Of a stretch of DNA of 64,000 bases, positions 35,735 to 48,400 are shown piece after piece. Position 1 is the first letter of the stretch, and each line of letters opens with the position of its first letter. Source of the stretch: Anaeramoeba ignava BMAN. Its lineage: Eukaryota > Protista > Anaeramoebae. Under the pieces are notes generated by a model that worked only from the letters and a program-made list of their open reading frames with translations, did not search any database and was not told where the DNA came from. The translations under genes were made by a program, and so were the position numbers. The stretch spans positions 1 to 64,000 of the forward strand of contig JAPDFW010000101.1 of assembly GCA_028826165.1 (NCBI GenBank), given 5' to 3'.

Positions 35735-38390
35735 TCAAAGAACAATTGCTTTTGCTTTTCGTTTGTTTTTTGATTTTTTGATTCTTTGCTTAATTAAAAT
35801 AATTGAAATAATAATTCCTGAAATAACAATAACAGGAATAATTATTCCAATAACTATTACTGTTGTATTAGTTGAATTTTCAGTTGGTGATGTTATATAA
35901 TTTATTATTATTGAAGTTGATGAGTTAATTCCTGAATATTCATTAAATGAACAATTTAAATCAGCAGATGAATAAATTGAAATTTCATAATAATCTCCAG
36001 AGTTTAATCCTTCTGAAATTGAATAATTTGTTGTTAAATTTGATAAACAAATTGTTGATGAATTATAAGTAAATGAATATGCTTCTAATCCTGTTGATAA
36101 AATAAGTGGATCCCATTCACATTCAAATCCACATATTAATGATAAACAATTTAATGAAGTAATATTTCCTAATTTAGCTTTGGTTGATATAATTGAACTT
36201 GGCTCTCCTAAATATTCTATTTCACAATTCAAATCTGCACATCCTCTAATTGAAATATTATATTCAACATTTCCTGATATTCCATTTATTGTTCCAATTA
36301 CTTCATTTCCACTTAAATTTAGTGTTGTAAAATTTTGCCAACTTTCTTGATTATCAAGTGAAATTGAATAATTTTGAGCATGTGTTAATTTTGTAAAATT
36401 TAATTCAATTTCTTCAATTTTAGGAATCCATTCATAAATTGTTGGAGCTGTTGGTAAACTGTCTGTTGTTATTGGAAATGTTGAAATATCTCCACATCTT
36501 CCATTTGAGTCACATGCGGATACATTGATTTGATATTCTTGATTTGGTAATTGAGCTGTGAATGCTTGATTTGTTTGTGTTGGTTGATAATTTCCTGAAT
36601 CATCTTGTGAAATTGCTTGATAACTAAAATTATAATAAGATGGAATTGAACAATTAATTGGTTGATCCCAAGTACAATTAATATCTATTGAATATGAAAT
36701 TGAGCATATTAAATTTGAAACTTCTTCAAATAATAATGAAATTGTAGATTCAGAAATTTCTCCTTGATCTTCTCCTTCGCATTCATTTGTTCTACATCCA
36801 CAAATTGAAATATTATAATCATTCCCACATTCAATATCATTTAAAAGATAGGAAATTGATGAATTATCAACTGAAATGAAAGATATTAATTCAGGTTCAT
36901 ATTGATTGAAATAAGAAAGATTATAATGATCAAGATGAGGAATTTCTTCAATTATCTGGACATTTGGATAACTCCAAGTAGCATTAATTGAATAATTTGA
37001 TGGATTTGATAATTCGAAATTTTGAACAGAATCAATTCTTGTAATTAAATTAATAGAAGAAGAAGGTTCACCACATTTCATTGATGATTTATCACAAGCT
37101 TGAATTTGAATTGAATAATATTCATTTCCAGTAATATTATCATAAATTGAAGAATTAAATTCTTGATAATAAACATTCCCATCTTCAAGAATTGGAGTAT
37201 CAATATCAATCCAATCAACTCCATAATTAATTTGATATTTCAAATTTGAAATTTGAATTTCATCCCAATAACAATCAAATGATGAAAACAAAGAAGAACA
37301 ATTAATAGCATTAACTTGGGGAATCAAAATTAGTTCATAAACCAATGCTTGATCATCATCAGTTCCAACAACAACAAAATTTTCATAACTTGAAACACTC
37401 CTCCCAAAACCAGAAATTGAAGGTTCACTTAAAATTTGTTCAAGATTCCAAATTGGTTCATTATATCTGTAAATAAATGCTTGATTTGCATCATCAGTAC
37501 CAACAACAAGAAGATCTTGATAAATTGAAACAGAATATCCAAAATTTGAAATTGAAGGTTCACTGAAAATTTGTTCTTGATTAAAATATGATCCATTATA
37601 TCTGTAAGTAAATACTTTGCTTTCACCATAAGTACCAACAGCAATAGCATCTTCATAAATTGAAACAGTATATCCAAAATCTGAAATTGATTCACTCAAA
37701 ATTTGTTCTTGATTAAAATGTGATCCATTATATCTGTAAACAAATACTTCACTTGCACCATCAGTACTACCAACAACAATAACATCTTCATAAATTGAAA
37801 CAGAAGATCCAGAATCTGGGGGCCATCTGATCAAATTTTGTTCTTGATTAAAATGTGTTCCATTATATCTGTAAACAAATACTTCACTTGCACCATCAGT
37901 ACCAACAACAATAACATTTTGATAAATTAAAACAGTAGATCCAAAACCAGGAATTGAAGGTTCATCAAAAATTTGTTCTTGATTAAAATGTGTTCCATTA
38001 TATCTGTAAACAAATACTTCACTTGCACCATCAGTACCAACAACAATAACATCTTCATAAATTGAAACAGAATATCCAAAACCAGAAATTGAAGGTTCAT
38101 CAAAAATTTGTTCTTGATTAAAATGTGTTCCATTATATCTGTAAATAAATGCTTGTTTTGCACCAAAAGCTCCAATAGCAAGAATATCTTCATAAATTGA
38201 AATAGAAGATCCAAAATCTCCTGAACTTGTATAATTATTGATTAATTTCCAAGAATAATCAATTGAAGAATAAGAATTATATCTTTTTGTTGTTATTTGT
38301 TTTGTTGAAATTTCTTGAGTTTGAATTGATTGAATTTAAAATGATATTAATTATTATTATTATTGAAAGAATAATTTTTATTGATTTCAT
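35735..38390 (-). CDS. Type I membrane protein: signal peptide, FG-GAP-like propeller repeats, FN3 domains, C-terminal TM (5' frameshifts)
   Basis: ATG 38390 MKSIKIILSIIII; ~41-aa repeats FGYSVSIYEDVIVVG...YRYNG; FN3-like W...Y.ISI.AC motifs; TM IVIGIIIPVIVISGIIISIILI followed by a basic tail. Confidence 0.8.
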
Positions 38391-38404
38391 TCTTTTTTTT
38401 TTAA

Positions 38405-38815
38405 ATAAAAAGAGGAAAAATAAAAAGAAGAATAAATAAATTAATTAAAATTTGTTTTTTAAATAGAAAATGAATTTACTTTTGTTTCTGTTATTATTAT
38501 TATTAAAATAAGAATAAAAGAAGAACAAATAAATAATTTTGTTTTTGAAAAGTGGATAAAAAAAATAAAAAAAAGAAGAAGAAGAATAAATTAATTAAAA
38601 TTGTTTTTTGAATAGAAAATGAATTTACTTTTGTTTCTGTTATTATTATTATTATTAAAATAAGAATAAAAGAAGAACAAATAAATAATTTTGTTTTTGA
38701 AAAGTGGATAAAAAAAATAAATAAAAGAAGAAGAAGAATAAATTAAAATTTGTTTTTTAAATAGAAAATGAATTTACTTTTGTTTCTGTTATTATTATTA
38801 TTATTAAAATAAGAA
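38405..38815. repeat. ~150-bp tandem repeat (~2.7 copies) in the divergent intergenic region
   Basis: AATAGAAAATGAATTTACTTTTGTTTCTGTTATTATT recurs at ~38462, ~38611 and ~38760. Confidence 0.9.
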
Positions 38816-38870
38816 AGAAAAAATGATTTATTTTTTTTTCATTTTTTTCTTTTCATTTTTTTTAAAAGAA

Positions 38871-41800
38871 ATGTCAAAAAAAAATCAATCAAATTTTTAT
38901 ACAGGAATAAGTACTTGTACAAGAGATTCAGATGTAACAAATCAACCAAAAATAAAAAAGACAAGAAAAGCCAAGAAAAATATTAAAGAAAATATTAAAG
39001 AAAATATTAAAGAAAATAATAAAGAAAATAATAAAGAAAATAATAAAGAAAATAATAATGAAAATAATAAAGAAAATAACAAAGAAATTATTAATGAAAA
39101 ATTAAAAGAAAAATTTCAATATGGATTCCATAATTTAAAACTTAAACAAAATCATGAAACAAGACCAATTTGGTTAACAAATGATAGACATATTTTTCTT
39201 GAAGCATTTTCACCAGTTTATAAAGAAGCAAATGATTTTTTAATAACAATTTCTGATCCAATATCAAGACCTTATTTAATTCATGAATTCCATATCACTG
39301 CATATTCATTATATGCAGCAGTTTCTGTTGGATTGGAAACAGAAAATATTCTTGAAGTATTGGAAAAATTATCAAAAAATTATATTCCTTCTGAAGTTGC
39401 TGATTTTATTGTCAAATCAACTGAAAATTATGGAAAATTGAAATTAGTTTTGAAAAATCAAAAGTTTTTTCTTGAAACTGAATTTGAAGGTGTTTTGGAA
39501 AATTTAATGCAAGATGATGAATTGAGACAAACAGTTGTTTATCCAAAAGATGAAAATGAAAATACTGAAAATGAGCAAAATAAAAATTCTGTTGGATTTA
39601 ATCACCAAAATTTAATCAAAACATCAAGAATGAGAATTGCCAAAAAGGATATTTTTGGAAACAATTTCCAAGATGCTTTTAATCCAAAATATACTGAAAA
39701 AAACATTAATACTATTGATATAGATGAAGATGATGAGGATGATGATGATTCAATCATTAAAAATATTCGAAGTTTAGAAATCGAAACCAAAAAAGTTGAG
39801 AAAGTAAAAGAAAAATGTATTAATTTGGATTTTCCAGCTTTAGAAGAATATGATTTTCGAATTGATAATGCACCAAGTTTGAATATAAATTTGAGAGAAA
39901 CAACCCAAATTAGAAATTATCAAGAAAAATGTTTAAGTAAAATGTTTGGAAGAGGAAGAGCACGTTCAGGTAAAAAATACAATTGAATTAAGAATACCCA
40001 AAAAAATTTATATTATTCTTTTTTGATAAATAAGGAATTATTGTTCTTCCTTGTGGAGCTGGGAAATGCTTTGGATATAATACTCCAATTTTAATGTTTA
40101 ATGGGGAAATCAAAATGGTTCAAGATATTGAAATTAATGATCTTTTAATGGGAGATGATTCAAAACCAAGAAGAGTTCTTCAAACAGTTTCTGGTGAAGA
40201 ACAACTTTATAGAATTAATCAAGAAAATGGTGATTCTTATGTTGTTAATGAATCTCATATTTTATGTTTGAATTATAATGGAGTTAATGTTGATATTTCA
40301 ATGAAAGATTATTTTAGAAATTTACAAAAAGAAAAATTTAGAGGATATAAAGTTCCTGTTGATTTTGCTTTCCAAAATATTGAAGGTGTTGATCCTTATC
40401 TTTTTGGATATTTTTTCATGTTAATAAAACCTGGAATGATACAAAATGAAAAAATCAAAATCAAAATTGAAAATGAAAATTTTAGAAATCATTTCATTTC
40501 CAAATTAAAATATTCAAAAATAACTTTTATTGAAACAAATGAAGGAGATTTAATTTTGGAAATTGGGAATTTATTGTTTATTAAAGAAATTATTGAAAAT
40601 GATGGGAAAATGATAAATAAATATAAATGTAATTCAAGAAATATTCAAAAAGAAATTCTTGCAGGTATTTTAGATTGTGTTGGGAATTTAGATTCAAAAA
40701 ATCATGAATACTCAATATTTTTCAATAAAGAAAATTTAAATGAAAAAGAAAAAATGAATGATGTAATTTATATTTCTCGTTCACAAGGATATTATGTTTC
40801 AATTTTTAAGAATAAAATTACAATATCTGGGAAATTTATTGAAGATATTCCTGTTCAAAAATTAGAAATGAAAATGAAAATGAATTATAATGAAAATTTT
40901 GAAGGAAATGAAGAGAAATTAAATTTATTAACAAAAATAGAAGTTGAAAAATTAAAAGTGGATAAATATTATGGATTTTTAATTGATAGAAACCATAGAT
41001 TTTTATTAGGAGATTTTACAGTTACACATAATTCATTAGTTGGAATAGCAGCATCATGTACAATTAATAAAAGCACACTTGTTTGTTGTACATCTGGGTA
41101 AAATATTCAAATTCAAATTTCAAATTTCAATTCAAAATTTTAATATAAAATAATTTAATAAAAAAAAGAGTTGCTGTTGAACAATGGAAAAATCAATACA
41201 AACAATGGACAAATATATCAGATGATTCAATCGCTAGATTTACAGCAACAACAAAAGAATTATTCAAAACAGAAGCAGGAGTAATGATAACAACATATTC
41301 AATGATATCATTTCAAGGAAATCGCTCAGAAGATTCAAAAGAAATCATGCAAGAAATCCAAAACAAAGATTGGGGATTATTAGTATTGGATGAAGTGCAT
41401 GTTGTTCCAGCAGAAACATTTAGAAAAACAATATCAATTGCAAAATCACATGTTAAATTAGGATTAACAGCAACATTAGTAAGAGAAGATGAAAGAATAG
41501 CAGATTTGAATTTCTTGATTGGCCCAAAATTATATGAAGCAAATTGGCAAGATCTGCAAAGAAACGGATATATCGCTAAGGTTCAATGCGCAGAAGTTTG
41601 GTGTCCAATGACAACTAATTTTTTTAATGAATACTTAAAATCAGACAGTGTTCATCGTAAAATATTATTGTTTGTTATGAATCCCTCTAAGATTCAGGCT
41701 TGTGAATATTTGATAAGATATCATGAAAGTTGTGGTGATAAAATACTCATTTTTTCAGACAGTGTTTATGCTCTTCTGTTTTATTCGAAAAAACTAAATA

Positions 41801-42351
41801 AACCCAAAATTTATGGAAAAACAACTCAAAATGAAAGAATGGAAATTTTGACAAGTTTCCAAAATAACGTTAATAAATGCATTTTCATCTCAAGAGTTGG
41901 TGATAACTCAATTGATTTACCCGATGCAAATGTGATTATCCAGATATCAAGTCATTATGGTTCAAGGAGACAAGAAGCACAAAGATTGGGAAGAATTTTA
42001 AGACCAAAACCAAGTCATGATAATCCAAATGAATTTAGTGCTTTTTTTTACACTTTAGTTTCTCAAGATACTCAAGAAATGTATTATTCAACTAAAAGAC
42101 AACAATTCTTAATTGATCAAGGTTATTCTTTTAAAGTTATTTCTAATTTAATTCCTGAAGATAATTTAAAAGATTTATGTTTTTCTAAAAAAGAAGATCA
42201 AGAATATCTTCTTGAAAAAGTTTTGAAAAAAGCTGATGATAAAGAAGAAGATGAAGAAGATTTTGATGCAAAAGGTCTTCGTGAAATTAAAAAAAGAGAA
42301 AAAGCAAAAACAATTAAAAAAAGGAAAATAAATTTTAAATTTAGATTTTAA
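38871..42351 (+). CDS. XPB: TFIIH helicase/translocase XPB (ERCC3/Rad25), intein-containing
   Basis: RPIW...IFLEAFSP, TAYSLYAAVSVGL, LEEYDF, RNYQEKCLSKMFG, SGIIVLPCGAGK|SLVG, LDEVH, LGLTATLVRED, SRRQEAQRLGRILR. Introns 39970-40034 and 41098-41168. Confidence 0.96.
40067..41032 (+). mobile_element. Intein (322 aa, in frame) with LAGLIDADG-like endonuclease region, in the XPB Walker A motif
   Basis: Starts CFGYNTPILMFNGEIKMVQDI...LMGDD; block B NESH; DPYLFGYFF and ILAGILDCVG; ends YYGFLIDRNHRFLLGDFTVTHN, then Ser+1. Removal restores LPCGAGKSLVG. Confidence 0.96.
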
Positions 42352-42439
42352 AAGAAAAAAATTATTTTTTTTTTTAGAATTTTTTTTTTTTGAATTAGTA
42401 AAAAAAAAAAGAAAACAAAAAGAAAACAAATTTTTGAAA

Positions 42440-45400
42440 TTATTTTTGTTTTTTATCATCATTTGAAGATAAAGAAATTTCTTGAACATCTTTTCTTTTT
42501 TGATTCTTCTTATTTCTTTTATCTTTATTTTGATTCTCAATATCTTCCAAATGTAAATTATTTTTTCTTTCTTCTTCTTCTTTCAAAAAAGTAGCTCTTT
42601 GTTTTAACATTTTTCGATTATTACTCATTGAAATTAACATCAAAAAAGTAGAACGAGCTTTTCTATTTTTAAACTCTTTTTTTTCATCTTTAATTATTTG
42701 AGCTGATTCTTTTGTTTTTTGTAAAAGTAACTGATTAGCAAAAGAAATAACAATAGGATTATTATGAATAGCATCACTTTCAAACATTGAAAAATAACTG
42801 AGGAAACCTGAATCAGATATTCTAGTTAATTTTTCCATTCCCATATCGATTCTCATAAAGAAAAAAGAAGCACCAAAAAGAACAATAATCAATCTTATAA
42901 ATGAAATGACTAAACTTGGAACAACATTCAAGAAGATCCATAAAAATTCAAACAAAGAAAACCAACGTCCATGAACAACTACAAGTTTTCCCGAAATGAA
43001 AAAACGTCTGAAAACTTTCTTGAGAATTTGTCTTGCAATCCAACTTCCAACAACTAATCCAAGTAGCCAAACAACAAGTTTCTTAAATAACCAAACGCGA
43101 ACAGGACGATATACAATTAGCCATAGAATCAATGTGCAGAACACCCAATTAAAAATAAATCCAACAAGAGTGTGACCTGTTTGAAATCCTATGTATCGAA
43201 TTGATTGGACAACAGATTTTGTCATATTAGGATTGAAATTTGGATTATCTGAAAACTTGAAAAACCAGTTTCCAAATCTTGCTCTCATTATACGAGAACG
43301 GAACAATCTCATAACAAACCACCACATTAGAATTACCACAAAAAGATTAAAAGCTGATGAAATTGAAGCTGCAACTGTGATTGAATTTTGGAGTTCTGTA
43401 ACGGCACTTTTTGGAACACCTAAAGCTTCTCCTGGTAAAGTTATAGTATCAAGATAAGTATTAAGTTCGTTCACACTCGGATTTGAATCATTAAGTGCTC
43501 CGTTTATATCTGTCAATGTGGACTCCAGTGTGATTGTTGATGTGACAATTTGTTCTCTCACATCAGAAATTATGTAATTGAACCATTCAATCGCAAGTGT
43601 TAAAAGCATAACAAGAAAAGTAACAAATATAATTGACATGAATGCTCCAATTAGTAATCTTTGTGGGAAGTAGAAATCCTTTGTTGTTTCAAATGCTCGA
43701 TGTTCTGATTTCGGTCTATACACAAACAATCCCAAAAATCCTTTTTTGGCAGCTTTATATTTTGAGTCGAAATATTTCTTTATTGAATTCCTTATTTTTT
43801 TGCCATTAGATTCAGATTGGTTATTATATTTCTTTTTCTCATACTCATTTTCAGAGTCTGTAATTGATGTTTCACTTTCACTTGTTTTTTCACTTTCATC
43901 TTCAAAATGATGAGTTTTTCTTGGAGGTAAAGGAGGTTTAATTATAGGAGGAGGAAGATTATCGATATCCTTTGGTAATCTTGGGGGTAAAGGAGGAGGG
44001 AAATTAACATTATCTTTTTGTGATCTTGGAGGTAAAGGAGGAGGGAAATTAATATTATCGTTATTTGGCAATCTTGGAGGTAAAGGAGGAGGTTCAATTA
44101 TTGGTGGAGGAATATCTTCAAGTTCTAATTCATCGATTTGAATATTATCCTTCATAATATTTTGTTTTTTATTTCGTGTTCTTCTTCTTTTTTTCTTTTT
44201 TTCCTTAACAATTTTTTTGCTGTTTTTTGTTCCTAAAGGAAGTAATCTTTTAACAAGTAAATTGTAATTTGTAATTTTTGTTCTATAAAATTCCCATCCT
44301 TTTTTTTTGCTAAAAATGAGGATCATTCCATATAAAAGAATGAACATTAAAATTGCTTGGAAAACACAAAGGAGAACAAATAAAATTATTGTGTAAGCAT
44401 TTATCGGATTTGTTGGTTTATATGCTGTCATTTTGTCTTTTGCAGCAACAATAAAAAATAATGGGATAATTGTGATAACAAAGTTAATGAATATGAATAT
44501 TTTATGGAAATAGAAGTGATTGAACCACATTATTACTACTAATGAGATTATTGTAAATATTGTTAAAGTTTTCCAATTATCTAATAAAAATATTTAAAAT
44601 ATAAATATAAATATAAAAGAAAAGTTGTTTTTTTTTTTTAAATTATTACCTTCATATTTAAAATCAATCTCTCCAACTTCTACATGTATTAAATTTGATG
44701 TAACATTAACACCATCAACTTCAAAACAAAGTCTACAATCACCTGATCTATATCCATAAAAAATCAAATTCTCACAACTAAATTCACCATCAGAATCAGT
44801 TAAAAGACTTTGTTGATGATTAAAAGTATCATATTCATTTTGAAGAGAATCATTCAAAGATAAACGGAAACCATAAGTTTCTTGATAAGATAAGTCATAA
44901 TCAGCCTTGAAAATAATACGATGATTTGGAACAGGATTTCCAATAGAATCAACAACTTTGATATAAGGATATTGAACAAGAGGTTTATCAAGATAAACAG
45001 TACTTTGAGGTTGTTGAAGAATATAAATTTGAGAAACAGTTGTTGAAACTTCGAATAAACGCTGATCTTCTTGAGAAACATCATCACAATAATAAGTAAT
45101 TGTATAATTTGCAGGTGTACAATAAGTGAAAATAAGAGTATCAAAAATAGCTGTTCCATTTGTACTTGTTTGTTGAACTGAAAGTGGATCCAATTCGCAG
45201 GGAAAATCACTTAGATTTTGTTCTTCAAGTGAATTTGTAGTTTCATTCCATAAATAAACATTTGTGATTTTAGCTGAAACTTTCTTATCAACAATATAAG
45301 CTCCATCCAAAGTTAAAACAGAAACTAATCTTGGAACTGGTGTGATTTGTTGAACTTGGATTTTTATTGTTTCGTAATTTTCTTGATAGTAATTTGTTAA

Positions 45401-48400
45401 ATCATTTAGTTTTAATTGTGATGGTGTTGTTGATAATGTTATGTTCACACTATCTGAACGTACTCCATATGATGTAAATACTAATTCATAATTTCCTGCT
45501 GTTCCTGATTCAAATATTAAATCTTCTAATATTGTCCATCCATTTGTTTTAGATACTCCAGGTTTATATGAAAAATCATAAGTGTAATTATTTGGTGATG
45601 ATAAAAATCTTATATCAATATCATAATATGCAAGTGGATCACGACTTATATCCTAATTTTTAAATAAATTTTTAAAATAATTTTTAAATAAATTTTAAAT
45701 AAATTTATAAATAAATTTTCAAATAAATTTTTAAATAAATTTTCAAATAAATTTTTTAATAAATAAAAATTTTTTAATTTTAAATAATTTTTTAAATAAA
45801 TTTTTAAATAAATTTATAAATAAATTTTTAAATAAATTTTTAAATAAATTTTTAAATAAATTTTTAAATAATTTTTAAATAAATTTTTAAATAAATTTAC
45901 CATAATTTGAACTATTCCAATTTGTGGAAAATATGAATTTAAAGAAACATAACTTGATGGATACGATTGAATATCTATATAAGCAACTTCATTTTCAAAC
46001 CAAACATTTTGTGAAACAACAGTTTTTTCAAATTCTTCTCCTTCAGCAAAAATAAAAGTAAATAAAACATTTGCTGTTGTAATTGTTGTTCCAGAATCTG
46101 AATAAATTTCAAATATTCTTAATTCTTTTTTTTTTTTTTTTTGAAAATTTAAAATTAAAAATTTAAATAATTTAAATTAAAAAAAATTTATTTACCATCA
46201 AATGAAACATAACCAGATGAATTAGAAGGTAAACTATAAGCACAAGGTGATATACGACCACCTCTACATAAACCATCATCATCTGCACTTGAATACATTG
46301 CAATATAAAATTGTTCAGCTGTTGGTGGATTTAATAATGTTGCATTCACTTTAATTCTATAATTTTCAAGTGGAGATGCTCCAGAATCTTGAATTTTAAT
46401 ACTAAAAAGTGGATCTAAATTTGTATTAATAATAATTGCATTAGATTCTAAATGATGATCTTCTTGAAATGTAATAACAATTTCATCAACTAAAAAAAAA
46501 GAAAGAAAAGAAAAAAAAAATTTTTAATTATTTTTCCAAATACATGAAATTTTTAAAAATTTTTTTTAAAAAACCTTCTGAATTTGAAATGTTAATTGTA
46601 TGATTTTCAAATGAAGTTAATTCTCCATTAGTCATTATAAAATATTCATAAATTCCTGGGAATCTAAATAAGAAATCATTTTCAAGAGAAGCAATTCCAC
46701 TTGAATTAGTTAAGTTCAAAGATTTAACACCATAAAATTGAGATTGAATATCATAATTTTCCAAAAATGAAGGTGGAATCATTGTTTCATAATTATCAAC
46801 ATTAAGATAATTGATAGATAAATTAGTAGCAATTATAACTTCTTCACTATCAATAACATAATCTGGTGCATGTGATATAAAAATTAAAGATTGGATTCCA
46901 TCAACACCAACATCATTACTATCTTTTACTGAAATTAAGAAAGGGTCTGATGAAAATTGTCTTACTGGTATTTCATTTGGTTGAGAAATTATTGAGGCAT
47001 TTGAAACTTTTTTTTAAAAAAATAAAGATAAATAAAAATAAATATAAATAAAAATTTTCTATTTGAAATTTCATACTTTTTTCATCAACAATTAAAACCA
47101 TAGTTTGTGAACTACATTCTTTTGCTCCAGGAGAAGAACCAGCATAAATAATTAATTGAGTTAACATTGATGAACCTGTTAATACTAAATTTGTAATTGA
47201 AGCTTCTCCTGTACTATCTGTAGTAATATTATTTGGTACTTCAAAAGTTATCAAATGTTTTTCTACTTCAAATGAAATGTAAAAATTTTCAACTGGTTGA
47301 TTTAAATAATCAATAACCTATTTATTTTATTTTTTTTAATTAATTAATTAAAAATTTTTTATTAAATTTTTTGAAACCGAACATGAATGTAAAATGATGA
47401 TAAAGGTTCTCCTGAAATTGTTGAATTGGGAAATATTGAAGAAGGAACTTCAATAAAAGCACATGTTGTACCATTAGGATTTGTTGTATCTGTATTAATT
47501 GTAAGTAAACTTGTATCTACAAAAAATTCATTATCTACTTGAAATCTTAGTTTAAAATTAAAATCTCCAGATTGAGATGATACAATAATTTTTAAAGGTG
47601 TTTGCACAATTCCATTAATTCTATAAAATTATAAAATTATAAACATGAACATGAAAATAAACAAAATTTTTTCTTTTGTGATAAATTTTACCCTGTTATA
47701 AAATTGGTTTGATTTAAAATTATTGGAGGATTAGAAATTATAAGACCATCTTGATTAACAATTAAAATTTCAACATTTTTCTTCCAAATTCCTTGAGAAT
47801 TTTCATTTACAACTGAGATTTGAGGAATTGGATCAATTTCACTTGAAAGATCCGAATTATTAATTGGAGTAAATTTGAAACTTTGATTTATATTCATAAT
47901 ACTAATTTTTTGAACACTTGATTGAAGATGAATATCATTTGATTCATTACTAAAAACTCCATCACAAATGAAAGATATTCTAAAACTTTTTGACGAATCT
48001 GTTTCTCCTGCTTGAGTAAATCCCAAACGAGAAAATGATGCATATCCTTGTGAATCTGTTGTTTCTGAAACAACATTGAAAATATCTTTTGCTGATTCAT
48101 TGATTTTTGTTGGTAAATATAGATTGGGTGCATTTTGATCTAAATATGTTGTTATTTGTGCAAAAACGATTTTGTTTGCTATTCCTTCTCCTAATGAATT
48201 CAAAACTTGTACTCTTGGTTGTGGATTCATAAATGTACTTTCAACAAGATTTGAAGGAGGTTGAGTAACAATTTGAACAGAATCAACACCTATTTTAAAT
48301 TTAATTTTTATTTTTATTTTATTTTATTATTATTATTATTAAAATATTTTTTTTTTATAAAAATTTTTTTTTTACTTGAAATTATTTTAATTGGACTTGA

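Noticed and set aside
37810-37840. GC-rich anomaly (GGGGCCATCTGATC) within an FG-GAP-like repeat
   Set aside because: Coincides with a frameshift in a near-identical repeat array; probably a local assembly error.
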